Below are positions 38,673 to 50,347 of a DNA stretch of 64,000 bases, piece by piece. The stretch is from NCBI RefSeq assembly GCF_030028105.1, contig NC_092375.1:34261130-34325129 (forward strand), given 5' to 3'. A program made the position numbers and the translations under genes. This DNA comes from Mobula birostris. Taxonomy: Eukaryota. Positions within the stretch are counted from its first letter, which is position 1. Every line of letters begins with the position of its first letter. The notes beneath the pieces were generated by a model, which saw only the letters and a program-made list of their open reading frames with translations, was not told where the DNA came from and made no database searches.

Positions 38673-39131
38673 AAAAGAAATGGGAAAAAAAAGCTAAGAG
38701 AAAAACAAAATAATTTCTAGATACTAGCTGGAATTGCACTCCCCCATTTTTTTTTTGCCTTGTACCTCTGGAAGGATTTTCAGTATCAATTTAAATTCCA
38801 TCCACTTAATCCTACTACTTCAGAAATGTAACTGCAACTCAGCAAAAAAACTTCCACTTCAGTTGAAGAAGGGAGTACAGGAAAATTGCTCTGGCAAGTT
38901 TAAGGAGAACATGGCAAACATTATCTAAATAGCAAAATGCCAAACCATTGCGAACTTTGAACAACAGGGCAAGCTTTACATAAGAGGTCATGTAAAGGGA
39001 ATATAGACAGTGGATTTATTTTGAAACTTCAGTTTTTTTCATAATTATCACAGCATTTCAATCCTGTCATGTTGTTAAAGTATGTGATAATCGAAAGGCA
39101 AGGTTTAAAGCCAATAATGACTTCAGTTTAC

Positions 39132-39307
39132 CTTGATGATTATTCATGTGCCTCCGATATTCTCTAAGTTGTGAAAATTTCTTCCCACAGTGTTCACAAG
39201 TACGGTCGAGCATCTGCTTAGCTCTGCCTTTCTTGCCATGTGTGGCTTTTTTGACATGTCGCCTAAAAAGAGCTTTTTCGAAGAATTCTTTTCCACAAAC
39301 ATTACAT
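39132..39307 (-). CDS. ZBTB11: ZBTB11 coding exon 10
   Basis: 176 bp with AG/GT boundaries. CNVCGKEFFEKALFRRHVKKATHGKKGRAKQ...HMNNHQ. Confidence 0.97.
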
Positions 39308-39714
39308 CTGAAAGTAGAAAATATCAACATGGGACTCCGTATGTTTCTTAAAAGTCTCAGGTGATTATTTTTCCACGAGTGGAATTCAGACCTCAACAAG
39401 CCAGAGGAATTATGGCAACGAATAGACAACTCTAATCAGAATTAAGTTTAGTTACTTGGCTTTCTAGTAGACACAAAGTATAAAGGTATCTATAAATTAA
39501 TAAGCAATTTCTCAGGTACAAGTTTCTAATTTGGAATCATGATCTCCTGGCAGATTGACAAGCAGACATCAGTTTTCAACTGCACTGAGGGAACAAGGAG
39601 CCCAATCCTGGAAACACAAATCTGGATGCACAAATTACCAATGCAAACCAGAGGTGATAAAAGGATGAGCTGTTTATATCACAGGTTGTACAATTTCTAG
39701 ATCTCAAATTAGTC

Positions 39715-40630
39715 ATAGAGTTATAAAGCACAGAAACAGGTCCCATAGCCCACTACGTCTATGCTTATCTATACCAATCCACCTGCCTGAATTAATTCTG
39801 TATTTGTCTATGCCTTGCTCATTCAACTACCTGTTTAAATGCCTCTTAAATGTTGTTACTGTCCTTGCCTCCACCATCTCCTATAGCAGCTCATTCCAGA
39901 CAGCGATGATTTTTTCACCAATTTATCCAACCTCTCCTTGTAACTCAGGTCCTCCAATCCAGACAACATCCTTGAGAATCTTTTCTGCATTCTCTCTAGC
40001 TTAATCACATCTTTACTGTAGTGGTAGTGTGGCAACCAGAACTGCACACTGAACACCATGTGTGTTGTAACCAAAGCTTTGTCAACTTTAATTATACATC
40101 ACAACTCTTGTACTCGATACCTCAGCAAATGAAAGCAAAGATGTCAGATGCTTCCCTCAAGTCTATCTGTGCTGCCACTTTCTGGGAAACATAGAAATCT
40201 ACAGCACATTACAGGTCTTTTGGCCCACAATATTGTGCAAACCACGTAACCTACTCTAGAAGCTGCCTAGAATTTCCCTACCACATAACCCTCTATTTTC
40301 CTAAGCTCCATGTACCTATCTAAGAGTCTCTTAAAAGACCCTATTGTATCCCCCTCTACCACCGTCACTGGCTGTGCATTCCACGCACCCATCACTCTGT
40401 GTGGAAAAACTTACCTCTGACACCCCCCTTGTACCAACTTCCAAGCATCCTAAAACTATGCCCCGCCGTGTAAACTACTGCAGCCCTGGGAAAAAGCCTC
40501 TGGCTATCCACATGATCAATGCCTCTCATCATCTTATACACCTAGGAAATATATACCTGTACCCCTAGCTCTCTTTGTTCAACACTATTGCCTAGGGCAA
40601 CACCATTTACTATGTATGTCCTTATTTGAC
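39715..40630 (-). mobile_element. CR1 3' fragments (a younger one at about 40190-40545 nested in an older one)
   Basis: VQFWLPH..KDVIKLERMQKRFSRML and two CR1-type tails. Confidence 0.7.
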
Positions 40631-40636
40631 TTCTCA

Positions 40637-41062
40637 TACGAGGGGTGATTGATAAGTTCGTGGCCTAAGGTAGAAGGAGTCAATTTTAGAAAACCTAGCA
40701 CATTTATTTTTCAGCATAGTCCCCTCCTACATGTACACACTTAGTCCAGCGGTCGTGGAGCATACGGATCCCTTCTTTGTAGAAGTGGTCCACAGCAGGG
40801 GTGATTGATTAAATTAGTGGCCTAAGGTAAAAGGAGATGAGTTATTAACTTCAAACTTTCTGCATTATCACTCAAAGAGTTGAACTGCATGTGCATGTAT
40901 CGAGCAGGTCTTGGACCTCCAGGGGGTCCACAGCAGGGGTGATTGATAAGTTCGTGGCCTAAGGTAGAAGGAGATGAGTTATACAGCTCTCGTTACATGC
41001 ACGTGCAGGTCAACTCTGAGTGAAAATGCAGAAAGTTTGAAGTTAATAACTTACCTCCTTCA
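40637..41062. mobile_element. Mariner/Tc1-like non-autonomous element with internal direct and inverted repeats
   Basis: Begins TA-CGAGGGGTGATTGATAAGTT. This unit occurs three times (about 40641, 40797 and 40936), with a roughly 65-bp inverted pair at 40838-40903 / 40989-41051. Confidence 0.55.
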
Positions 41063-41143
41063 CCAGTACTTGCATCAGATTTACGCTTTGGAGGCATGGT
41101 TACAAGGGTAAAGAAGAGAAAAATTTAAGCCAAATACAGAGCT

Positions 41144-41169
41144 ACACACACACACACACACACACACAC
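41144..41169. repeat. (AC)n microsatellite
   Basis: About 13 AC units. Confidence 0.9.
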
Positions 41170-41536
41170 CAGTGTTAACGGCAATGTGATCCGACTTAAA
41201 ATGGCGGATGGTGTTCTCCTTCCTCGAGCCAATGAATTGCTGAAGCTGTGCAATGTTTTCATGAGCATCAAAGTAGTGCGTGCGTTCATTATTACGAACC
41301 ATTGTATTTAACTCAAATTTTTAATATAACAGGCTTTATGGCAGTCCGTTCATAAGTACAAGTTGTCTGTAAGTTGGACGTTCTTAACCCGGAGACTTAC
41401 TGTAAACACATCTGATCTTGCATTCTTTAAAGTTTTCATTTAATATTCAAACCATTACGTACATTGATGTAATATAAATAACATTCCTATAACCGAATTG
41501 CTATAACTTTTGTAACATACACTGCACTGTACTCAC

Positions 41537-41695
41537 TTGTATGGCTCAGTAACAGAATGTGCTTTTACATGAGAATACCAGTCCTTCTTCCAGCTGTAGC
41601 ACTTCCCACAGATCTGGCACTGAAATGGTTTAACACCAAGATGCTTGTACATGTGTTGCTGCAGGTCACGTGCTTCGTAAAAACTTCGTTCACAT
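41537..41695 (-). CDS. ZBTB11: ZBTB11 coding exon 9
   Basis: 159 bp. CERSFYEARDLQQHMYKHLGVKPFQCQICGKCYSWKKDWYSHVKAHSVTEPY. Confidence 0.97.
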
Positions 41696-41959
41696 CTACA
41701 AAAATGAAGGTATCCTCTCAAAGAAAAGTTTTCATTTCAACTATAATGAATCTTCCAATAGGTTTGCATGATAAATTAGCAATACAAAACTTAAACAGTA
41801 AGTGTAAAAATGAAGCCAGGAATCTAAAATTAAATGACACAATAGAGGATCTTAATATTGAATAATCCAAACATATCAGTTCTGAACTACATTAACACAA
41901 AACCATAAATGTAATAATCTCCATCCATTTTCCTACCTTGTGCCCATTCACTCCGACAT

Positions 41960-43490
41960 AAAACAGAACAGTACAACATAGGAATAAGCCCCTCAGCCCA
42001 CAATGCCTGTACCAATTATAATGACCATACATGGTCTATATCTCATGCCTGTTCATGTGCAGGTATAAATGCCCTTTAAAAGTTGCTATCATATCTGCAT
42101 CCACAATCTCCCTTGCAGTGCCTACCAGGCACCTCCCAGTCTGCAAAAATACTTAGCTCACAAATCTCCTTTAAACTTACCCCCTTCCCCCTTAAGTTAT
42201 GCCTTCAAGTATTTCACATTTTCACCTGGATAAAGGCTATCTACCCTATCTACAGTCTCTCATAATTTTATATACTTCTATCACATTGCCCTACAGCTTC
42301 CAACATTCCAGAGAAAATAACCTAGACTTGTCAATGTTGCCTCTATTCCAAGCAATATCCTATGGAACTCTTCTGCACCCTCTCCAAAGCTGCAACATTC
42401 TTCCGATAAAGCAGCAAGTAGAACTTCACAAAAATAGTTGCCTCACCATAGCTTTATACAGCTACCACATGAGTTTCCAACTTTTATACACAATGCCCTG
42501 ATCAATGAAACCACACAAATCGTGAGCCACAAAGTCCCTCTGTACGTCAAATCTCCTAAGGGTGTCTTTTATTATATGCTTCCCTCTTACATTTGAACTC
42601 CCAAATTGCACCATTTCATACTTGTCTAGATGAAACTCCACTTGCCATTTCTCCATCCATATTTGCAAATGATGTATGTGCGACTATCCATTGACAACGG
42701 TCCTTACTATTTACAACTCCAATTCATTTGCCTTCTACAAACTCATTAATCAGCTTACCTAAATTTTCGCCCAGATCTTATCTCATAAATGACAATGGTC
42801 CCATCACTAATTCCTGTCAAAACCACTGGCCACAGATCTCCAGTTAGAATACACTCTTTGTCTTCTATAGCCAATTCCAATTTTTAAATTAACCCACCAA
42901 GTCACAATGGATCCCATATGCCGTCTATGTAGACAACTTCCATCGTCCTACCCTCAATCAATTCATTTTTGCATCACTTAATAAAACTCAATTAGGAATG
43001 TGAGGCATGACCTCCCCACACAAAACCATGCTGACTATTTCCAACATGCCCTTGCTTTTCCAGATATGAGTAAATCTTGTCCAGTAGGTTTCCTATCACT
43101 GATGTCAAGGTAGGGAACTTATTTGAGAAGATTCTTAGGAATAAATTCCAGGATTATTCATATTTCCCTTCTAAAAGAAGACTGGCTGTAGGACCTTGCC
43201 TGTACCTGCAGAAGATGCAAATATCTGTGTCAAAGACCCAGAGATATCCGTACACAATGCTCAGGGATAGATCTCACCAGGCCCTGGGTACTACTTCAAA
43301 AGACTGAACACCACATCATCCCTCCCAAACATGTCCTAGAACAACATAACCATCCCTGATCTTATTATCATCCGCATTCATCTTCTCCTTGGTGAATACA
43401 CACATGAAGTAGTATTAAATATCTCACCCATTTACCCTAGTTCTAGACACAAATTCCCTCCTTTGTCCTGGAGTGGTCCTACCCTCGTTT
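41960..43490 (-). mobile_element. Old decayed CR1 LINE
   Basis: WMEKWQVEFHLDKYEMVQFG, a QHGF remnant and the 3' tail near 41960. Confidence 0.75.
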
Positions 43491-44017
43491 TCAACATAAA
43501 TATGAAACGACAGATTCTTCGATTCTGCTTCACATATAGTAATGTAATGGAATAGAAACTAATCCTTTACAGAATCCATTTATTTTTATTATATGAAAAT
43601 CAATTTTATAAAAAAGCCAGCTCTATAAAAGTATATAATAGCTCTGCTTAATTATTCCAACTTTAAAGATGAAGAATTTGTCAGAGAACATAAAGTGACT
43701 TCAGGGAATCACAACCTCATAAAACATATATGTTGAAAGTAGTCAAGGTGATAAATCATATCAGAAATTCCCTATGTCAAGCAAATATTAACCTGGATTT
43801 TTGTTTTTGTTATTTTTTTTTTAAAAAGAAAGATAAATATCTTACAATGATTCTGAATGGCAAGGACATTAAAGAGTCTGAGTTATTTCCAGTTCCTATT
43901 TTTTTGTCTCCCTGTCAATGTGCAACCCAAGTATATACACCATTTTCAAACCTAGTTTTCATTGCCATGTAAATCCTATAAAAGACCATTTGTAAATGAA
44001 TCATTCCACTAACTTAC

Positions 44018-44135
44018 TGGGTACATTGAAAGCTTCTGATTTCAGGTTTCGGCAAATGTCTTTTTAAATGTTTGCTGAGACCGGAGGCACGTTTGAAACA
44101 TTTTCCACAAGTTGGACAGAGGTACTTGGATTCAC
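44018..44135 (-). CDS. ZBTB11: ZBTB11 coding exon 8
   Basis: 118 bp, absent from the ORF track. GESKYLCPTCGKCFKRASGLSKHLKRHLPKPEIRSFQCT(Q); ttcAG and GTAAGT. Confidence 0.95.
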
Positions 44136-45813
44136 CTGAAATGTCAAGCAAAACTTAATATCACTTAAGCACAATATTGAAACAGAATATGAAATGGGGA
44201 TCAAAATACAAATCAAATGTAGATATAACTGTAGTAGTTGTTTCCCAGTTTATGAAAACAATTAAGGAGAATGAAAACGATAGGCAAGACTAATTAACTT
44301 TTGTTCAAGAGTATTCTGTCCTTTTATTCATTGATCAGAGTCTTACGAAGAAACCAAACTCCTTCACATAGTTAACCAGAAATTCATACAGAAGCCAGGG
44401 AAGGAGAGCCACAGATGAACACAAGTAGGCTCTTAAGGCCACCTAGTCCACACTGACCATTAACCACACATTTACACCAATCCTACATTAATCCATTTTT
44501 ATTCTCCCCATTTTCTCATCTACAGCCCACAGATTCTACACTTACCTATACACTAGGGACAATTTACTGTGGCCAGTTAACTTACCAATGTGCAAGTCTT
44601 TAGGAAACCCATGCATTCACATGGAGAACCAGTAAAGCTCCATTCAGACAGGAGCCAAGTCAGGATTGTACCTGTTCTCTGGCACCGTTGAGCAGCAGCT
44701 CTACCAAATGTACCACAGGGCCTCATGGTGGGGGGGGGGGGGGGGTGCAGAAAGAGTTAGGGAGGCAAATGATATTCAATGAACAGACATAGTTAATCTT
44801 AGCAACACAGAGAAAATTAAGTAAAAAGTTTATACTGTAGGTGCACCCAATCCAGTGCAACCTGAGACAACTGCTGCGGAAAGGACATGGTAACAGAATA
44901 GAGTTTAGAACACATTTTCAATTTTGAAAGTATCTACAATGCAGCAAAATATTCTCATACCACTTCACAAGGTTGTCAGACGTTTGCTGAGGAGACGTTA
45001 GACAGCTAAGAATTGTGGACCTGAAAAGTACATAGACATGGAAAGAGCTGAAGTAAGGATGAAAATTTAAAATCCAGACATTGCTCGATCTGGAAGCAAG
45101 AGGCAAACTGGAGTTGCAGGAGATTTAAATGTTTGCTGGTTTATACAGAAAAGAATAAGGAAAGGTTTGGAATAGTGAAGTGTAGTGGTAACAAGGCTAT
45201 GGAAGAGAATACAAGTATTCAGATGAGTCCAGAGGCACACTGTGGGGCAAGGAGGTGAGATCGGAGGTCTGAAGTTCAGCTCAGGATAACATATGAAAAG
45301 TCACTCAGCCACAAAGGCACAGAAACAGTCCCTTTGGCCATGCCAACTACCAAGTACTAGTCTACCTGAATTCCATTTACCAGCCCTTGCTCAATGGCCT
45401 TCTGTTCCTGGCCAATTCAAGTGATTGACTAGATGCTTAAATATTGTGAGAGCACCCATTTTAACCACCTTCAGAGGCAGTGCTTTCCTGTTTCCAATCA
45501 TTCTTGTGGTGAGAATTTCCTCATCATTTCATGTCTAAACATCTTCCCCGGAACTTAAATCTGATAGGGAGAAATATTTCATTTATCTGGCCTGTCCAAA
45601 CCTCTCTGTTTTGTACACCTCAATCAGGCCCCCCAAGCGCACACCTCCCTGCCCACCTGAGCATAATTCTAGCTGATAAGATATAACACCACCAAAACAA
45701 ATGAAGCAAGGAGAGATATCACAATCATCGAAACCTTTCTGGAGAAAGTACACTGAGAACTCATACATTTTCTGCAAACTAGCAAGATGGATTCTAACAT
45801 TTTGTTCCCTTAC

Positions 45814-45958
45814 CTGTGTGAACACTACTGTGCTCCTGAAGACTGCGCTTTGTAGCAAATGATTTTTCACATATTTCACAGCTAAATTCCCTTTTACCTT
45901 CATGGTGAGCCATGTGTAGTCTTAGACTGTGTTTATAGCCAAAAGTCTTCCCACATAT
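45814..45958 (-). CDS. ZBTB11: ZBTB11 coding exon 7
   Basis: 145 bp. ICGKTFGYKHSLRLHMAHHEGKREFSCEICEKSFATKRSLQEHSSVHT(G). Confidence 0.95.
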
Positions 45959-46660
45959 CTAATGAACAGTGAAAGTTAAATTATTATAACATTTTTTGTT
46001 GCCTGATCAACAACCTAAAATTATCCATTCCCATCCTGAAACGTCAATCCCCTTCAGGATTTCGACAATAAAGCACTGTTTACCTTCTCATTTGTTGTTC
46101 AACCAGCTGTTATTAGCAATCAAATCTGATCCTGTCCTTAACCACTGTTCACACTTGTAGAAGTGACTAATGTACAAGTAAGAGGATATCATGGTGTTTT
46201 CTTTCTTTGCGCAGTGGTGCTGTTTCCCCCTGCATTACAACTATCAGTTTCTGTAGCTGACACCATATCAAAATGAGACCCTTAACATTTCTTTCTTAAA
46301 TTTGAAGATGCCAGTTCCATAATACCTGATTAGTTATTAATTTCTAGAAACTTAGCAATTATAATAGGAATTTATGATCTAAAAGTATATCATTCAAAGA
46401 GAGAAATAATATCAAAATAATAGACATGCAATTAGAAAGTTTGCAGAAGTATGCTGCATGTGACTTTTTTCTTTAGCTATTCCAATTAAAAGCACCTTAA
46501 TTCTCCAAGATTGTCAAATTTAGATGTCATTTCAAAACTTGCTATTATAATATTAAATCTCTGGAGATTCATAGCACTTTTAACAAAGAAAACACTCTGT
46601 TCCAATAGTAGCCACTATTAAAAGGTTCTTCTTAAAATGCAGATAAAAATAAATTCTCAC

Positions 46661-46867
46661 CTTGCACACATGTGGCTTGACACCCGTGTGCTTAAGCATA
46701 TGAAGTCGCAGGTTATAAGGCTTTGGCAATGTTTTTCCACAGATGTCACAGATGAACTGCCGCTTCGTTCTACCCGCAAGACTCTCATCTATTTGCTCAG
46801 TGGTCCTCCTGTGGCGCAGAAGATGTGAAAGCAGGGAAGCTTTGTAGAGGAACTCCTTCTCACAGAG
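46661..46867 (-). CDS. ZBTB11: ZBTB11 coding exon 6
   Basis: 207 bp. LCEKEFLYKASLLSHLLRH...GRTKRQFICDICGKTLPKPYNLRLHMLKHTGVKPHVCK. Confidence 0.95.
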
Positions 46868-47302
46868 CTAAAGCAACAGGAAATGAATCTGATATTTTGC
46901 TCATAGTAAAGATGTTAGAATAGAATATGTTCCACTATTTGCATTAATTCTACTGTCCATTTGTTTTTTTTTTCAACAGAAGCCCAGCACCATCTTGATA
47001 GAAAGTGTATGTAGACACCCTTTATTTTTAAAATACAGAAAGTGTGTGCTGGTACTTCACAGGAAGGCATTATAGAGAGACCTAATCACTGACCTTCAGA
47101 CAAGAACAATGGAGCTAATTCAGCATAGACCATTCCATCTGAATGGATCAATACTGTATCGTATAATTGATGTATCTGTTAAGTTATAATTGAACACAGA
47201 CCATGAAAATACAGACAATGGCAAGTGCTCTCAATCTGTAAAAATTGCAACTTGCTCCACAAATCTAAAATTCTTCCTATCAAAAGCATAATACTGATAC
47301 AT

Positions 47303-47581
47303 GCAACACACACAAAATGCTGGCGGAACGCAGCAGACCAGGCAGCATCTATAGGAAGAAGTACAGTCGATGTTTCGGGCCGAGACCCTTCATCAGGACT
47401 AACTGAAAGAAGAGATGGTAAGAGATTTGAAAGTGGGAGGGGGAGGGGGAGATCTGAAATGACAGGAGAAGACAGGAAGAGGAGGGATGAAGCTAAGAGC
47501 TGGAAAGTTGATTGGCAAAAGGGATACAGAGCTGGAGAAGGGGGAGGATCATGGGACGGGAGGCCTAGGGAGAAAGAAAGG
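47303..47581 (-). mobile_element. PLE 3' fragment in ZBTB11 intron 5
   Basis: 7-bp TSD gatacat (47296-47302 and 47582-47588). Closely related to the 26870-27852 arms. Confidence 0.88.
47365..47400 (-). ncRNA. Minimal hammerhead ribozyme, sense to ZBTB11 pre-mRNA
   Basis: Minus strand AGTC-CTGATGA-A-GGGT CTCG GCCC-GAAA-CA-TC^GACT. The core is intact; the stem III palindrome is changed to ACAT. Confidence 0.75.
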
Positions 47582-47630
47582 GATACATTTTACAGGAAAA
47601 AGTTATTTTTCAATTGCTCAGAATTCTTAC

Positions 47631-47807
47631 TGGACATTTAAATTCCTTGATTCTGTTGTGGGTCATCATGTGCATCATCAAGGTGTAACGCTTGGGGAAA
47701 GCCTTTCCACATTCATTACATTTATGCTCCGCCTCTGCATCATCTCCTTCAACGGTGGCTCGTTTCGGTTGCATCTTTCTACCTCTCTTCACCAGTTTCT
47801 GGGCAAC
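47631..47807 (-). CDS. ZBTB11: ZBTB11 coding exon 5
   Basis: 177 bp. VAQKLVKRGRKMQPKR...HKCNECGKAFPKRYTLMMHMMTH..EFKCP. Confidence 0.97.
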
Positions 47808-48299
47808 CTGTGGAAGAAAGTTTTTCATTTTTTTAAATATAGATATGGGTATCAGCAAATACAAGTCTCCAGCAACATAGCTCTACTGTTCACTTGAGCA
47901 AAATAAAGCCCTAATTTATACAACAATTCTGATGAAAGAAGTCAAACATGCTGACTATCCCTGTGCTTGTCCAAGGGCAAATGTTATGTGCAGGTGATGG
48001 TAGGCAAATAATCTATTCCCAAGTCTCTGAAACGTGGCTCTGAATCTTGCCAAGGATACCGCTTTGATATGCATAAATATTTATTTATGCAAGTGCTCAC
48101 AGACTAACAGGCAGGATTAGCACAGAGAATCTTTGTCTATTTCCCTTCACAAAGTCATCAATTAGTAAAGTTAACCATACACCTCAAACCATGACTGGTG
48201 CCCAAACTTTGGACATCACCATTATACAGTTTCACAACTCATCATATGTTGTATTTCACTGAATTACTTGTGGAAAAGATATACATTTTAGCATGCACA

Positions 48300-48880
48300 T
48301 AAGAAACAGAAGGCAGCCATTCAGCCCTTCAGTTTCACTTCCTCTATTCCTCAAATGCTTGATGACTCTAATATTCAAAAATCTATTGATCTCCATTTTA
48401 AATATACTTAGATACTGAGTATCCACAGTCCTCATGGGTAGAATTCTTTTGTTTAAGATTCACTACCCCCTGGATGTAGAAATTTCCTTTCATCTCTCTT
48501 TGAATTACCAAACCTTTATTTTGAGAGAATAACACCAGGTTCTGGACACTGCAGGTGGGAGAGACATCATCCCCGAATCTACCTGGTCAAGCCATTACGA
48601 TTATGCACATTTCAACAAAATCATCTCTGATTTTCCTAAACTCAAATCCTTCCTTCATGCCACAAACCCACCATCTCAGAAATCAATTCCCAATACTGTG
48701 TTTATTGTTCCCATCGTAGGGGAATGACCAGATGTGTTCAAATATTCCAGATATAGTCCCTTCGTAGCACATAAAACTGTGACAAGACTGCTCAAATGCT
48801 ATTTACCTTGCTAAACAGAAACTGCATATTAATTCTCAGTGATTCATAGACAAGGACATTCAGATCTCTCTAGCTATTCA
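48300..48880 (-). mobile_element. Very old CR1 3' fragment
   Basis: Decayed CR1 tail (aagaaacagaaggcagccattcagccc) and ORF2 end. Confidence 0.5.
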
Positions 48881-49244
48881 ACCTACCATCCACACACACA
48901 CACAATAAATGCCACTTGTGATTTCAAATCTACTCCAATTCCCTTTTCTCAGAAGCAGCTTAAGTCATTTGGTCGTATTCAACCACTGAAGATGGTAGTT
49001 TATCATTAAAACTGCAGGGTAATTATGATGAGCAACAAACGTCGCCATGAACAGACATGTCACAGCACAAGAATGAAATAAAAGTGCCAAACAATGTTAC
49101 CCTAAAACAAACCAAGAAAAGCAACAGAGAATATTAAATACATTATATGCAGTACAATATTTAGAAAGTTATAAGGGCATTTACAATCAATTCTAGCGCA
49201 TTTATAATCAAAATCAACCCAAAACTTTTAGTGCTGTAATAAAA

Positions 49245-50250
49245 CAAGGCCTTCACCCTGCCTTGTACAGCTGGATCCTGGACTTCCTGTCCGATCGCCA
49301 ACAGATGGTAAGAGTGAGCTCCCTCACCTCTGCCCCTCAACACAGGTACCCCTCAGGGCTGTGTCCTAAGCCCCCTCCTTTACTCTCTGTACACCTATGA
49401 CTGTGTCGCCACCCATAGCTCCAATCTGCTAATTAAATTTGCTGATGATACTACATTGATTGGCATAATTTCAAATAATAACAAGGCACCCAACAAAGAA
49501 ATCATCACCCTGACACAAAAAAACAACCTCTCCCTCAATGTCGCAAAAACAAAGAAGCTGGTTGTGGACTATAGGAGGAATGGAGACAGGCTAACCCCTA
49601 TTGACATCAATGGATCTGCGGTTGGGAGGGTAAACAGCTTTAAATTCCTCGGCATACACATCACCGAGGATCTTACCTGTTCTGTACGTGTGGGCTATGT
49701 GGTGAAAAAAGCACAACTGCGCCTCTTTCATCTCAGACGGTTGGGGAAGTTGGTATGAGTCCCCATATCCTAAAGACTTTCTACAGGGGCACAATTGAGA
49801 GCATCCTGACTGGCTGCATCACTGCCTGGTATGGGAACTGTACTTCCCTCAATCGCAGGACTCTGCAGAGAGTGGTGCAGACAATCCAGCACATCTGTGG
49901 ATGTGAACCTCCCTATTCAGGACATTTACAAAGACAGGTATGTAAAAAGAGCCCGAAGGATCATTGGGGACTCAAGTCACCCCAACCATAAACTGTTCCA
50001 GCTGCTACCAACTGGGAAACGGTACCACAGCATAAAAGCCAGGACCAACAGGCTTCGGGACAGCTTCTTCCACCAGGCTATCAGACTGATTTCTTCACGC
50101 TGATCAAACTGTATTTCTATGTTATATTGACCGTCCTGTTGTACATACTATTTATTACAAATTACTATAAATTGCACATTTAGACAGAGATGTAAATATT
50201 TTTACTCCTCATGTATGTGAAGGATGTAAATAATAGTCAATTCAATTCAA
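49245..50250 (+). mobile_element. Rex1/Babar-like LINE 3' half
   Basis: TGTPQGCVLSPLLYSLYT, KFADDTTLIG, LNVAKTKKLVVDYR and FYRGTIESILTGCITAWYG, with a short-repeat tail ttcaattcaa. Confidence 0.92.
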
Positions 50251-50347
50251 AAAGTCTAAATATTGCTGAGTATGACACATGAAAACTATAGAAGAGAACT
50301 CCCATAGTAGATTACATCAAAAATATCATGTTGCACTAAATTTTATA

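Noticed and set aside
40637-41062. Regularly spaced direct repeats resembling a CRISPR array
   Set aside because: Vertebrate intron, three units with non-unique 100-120 bp intervals and a TA-anchored mariner-like terminus.
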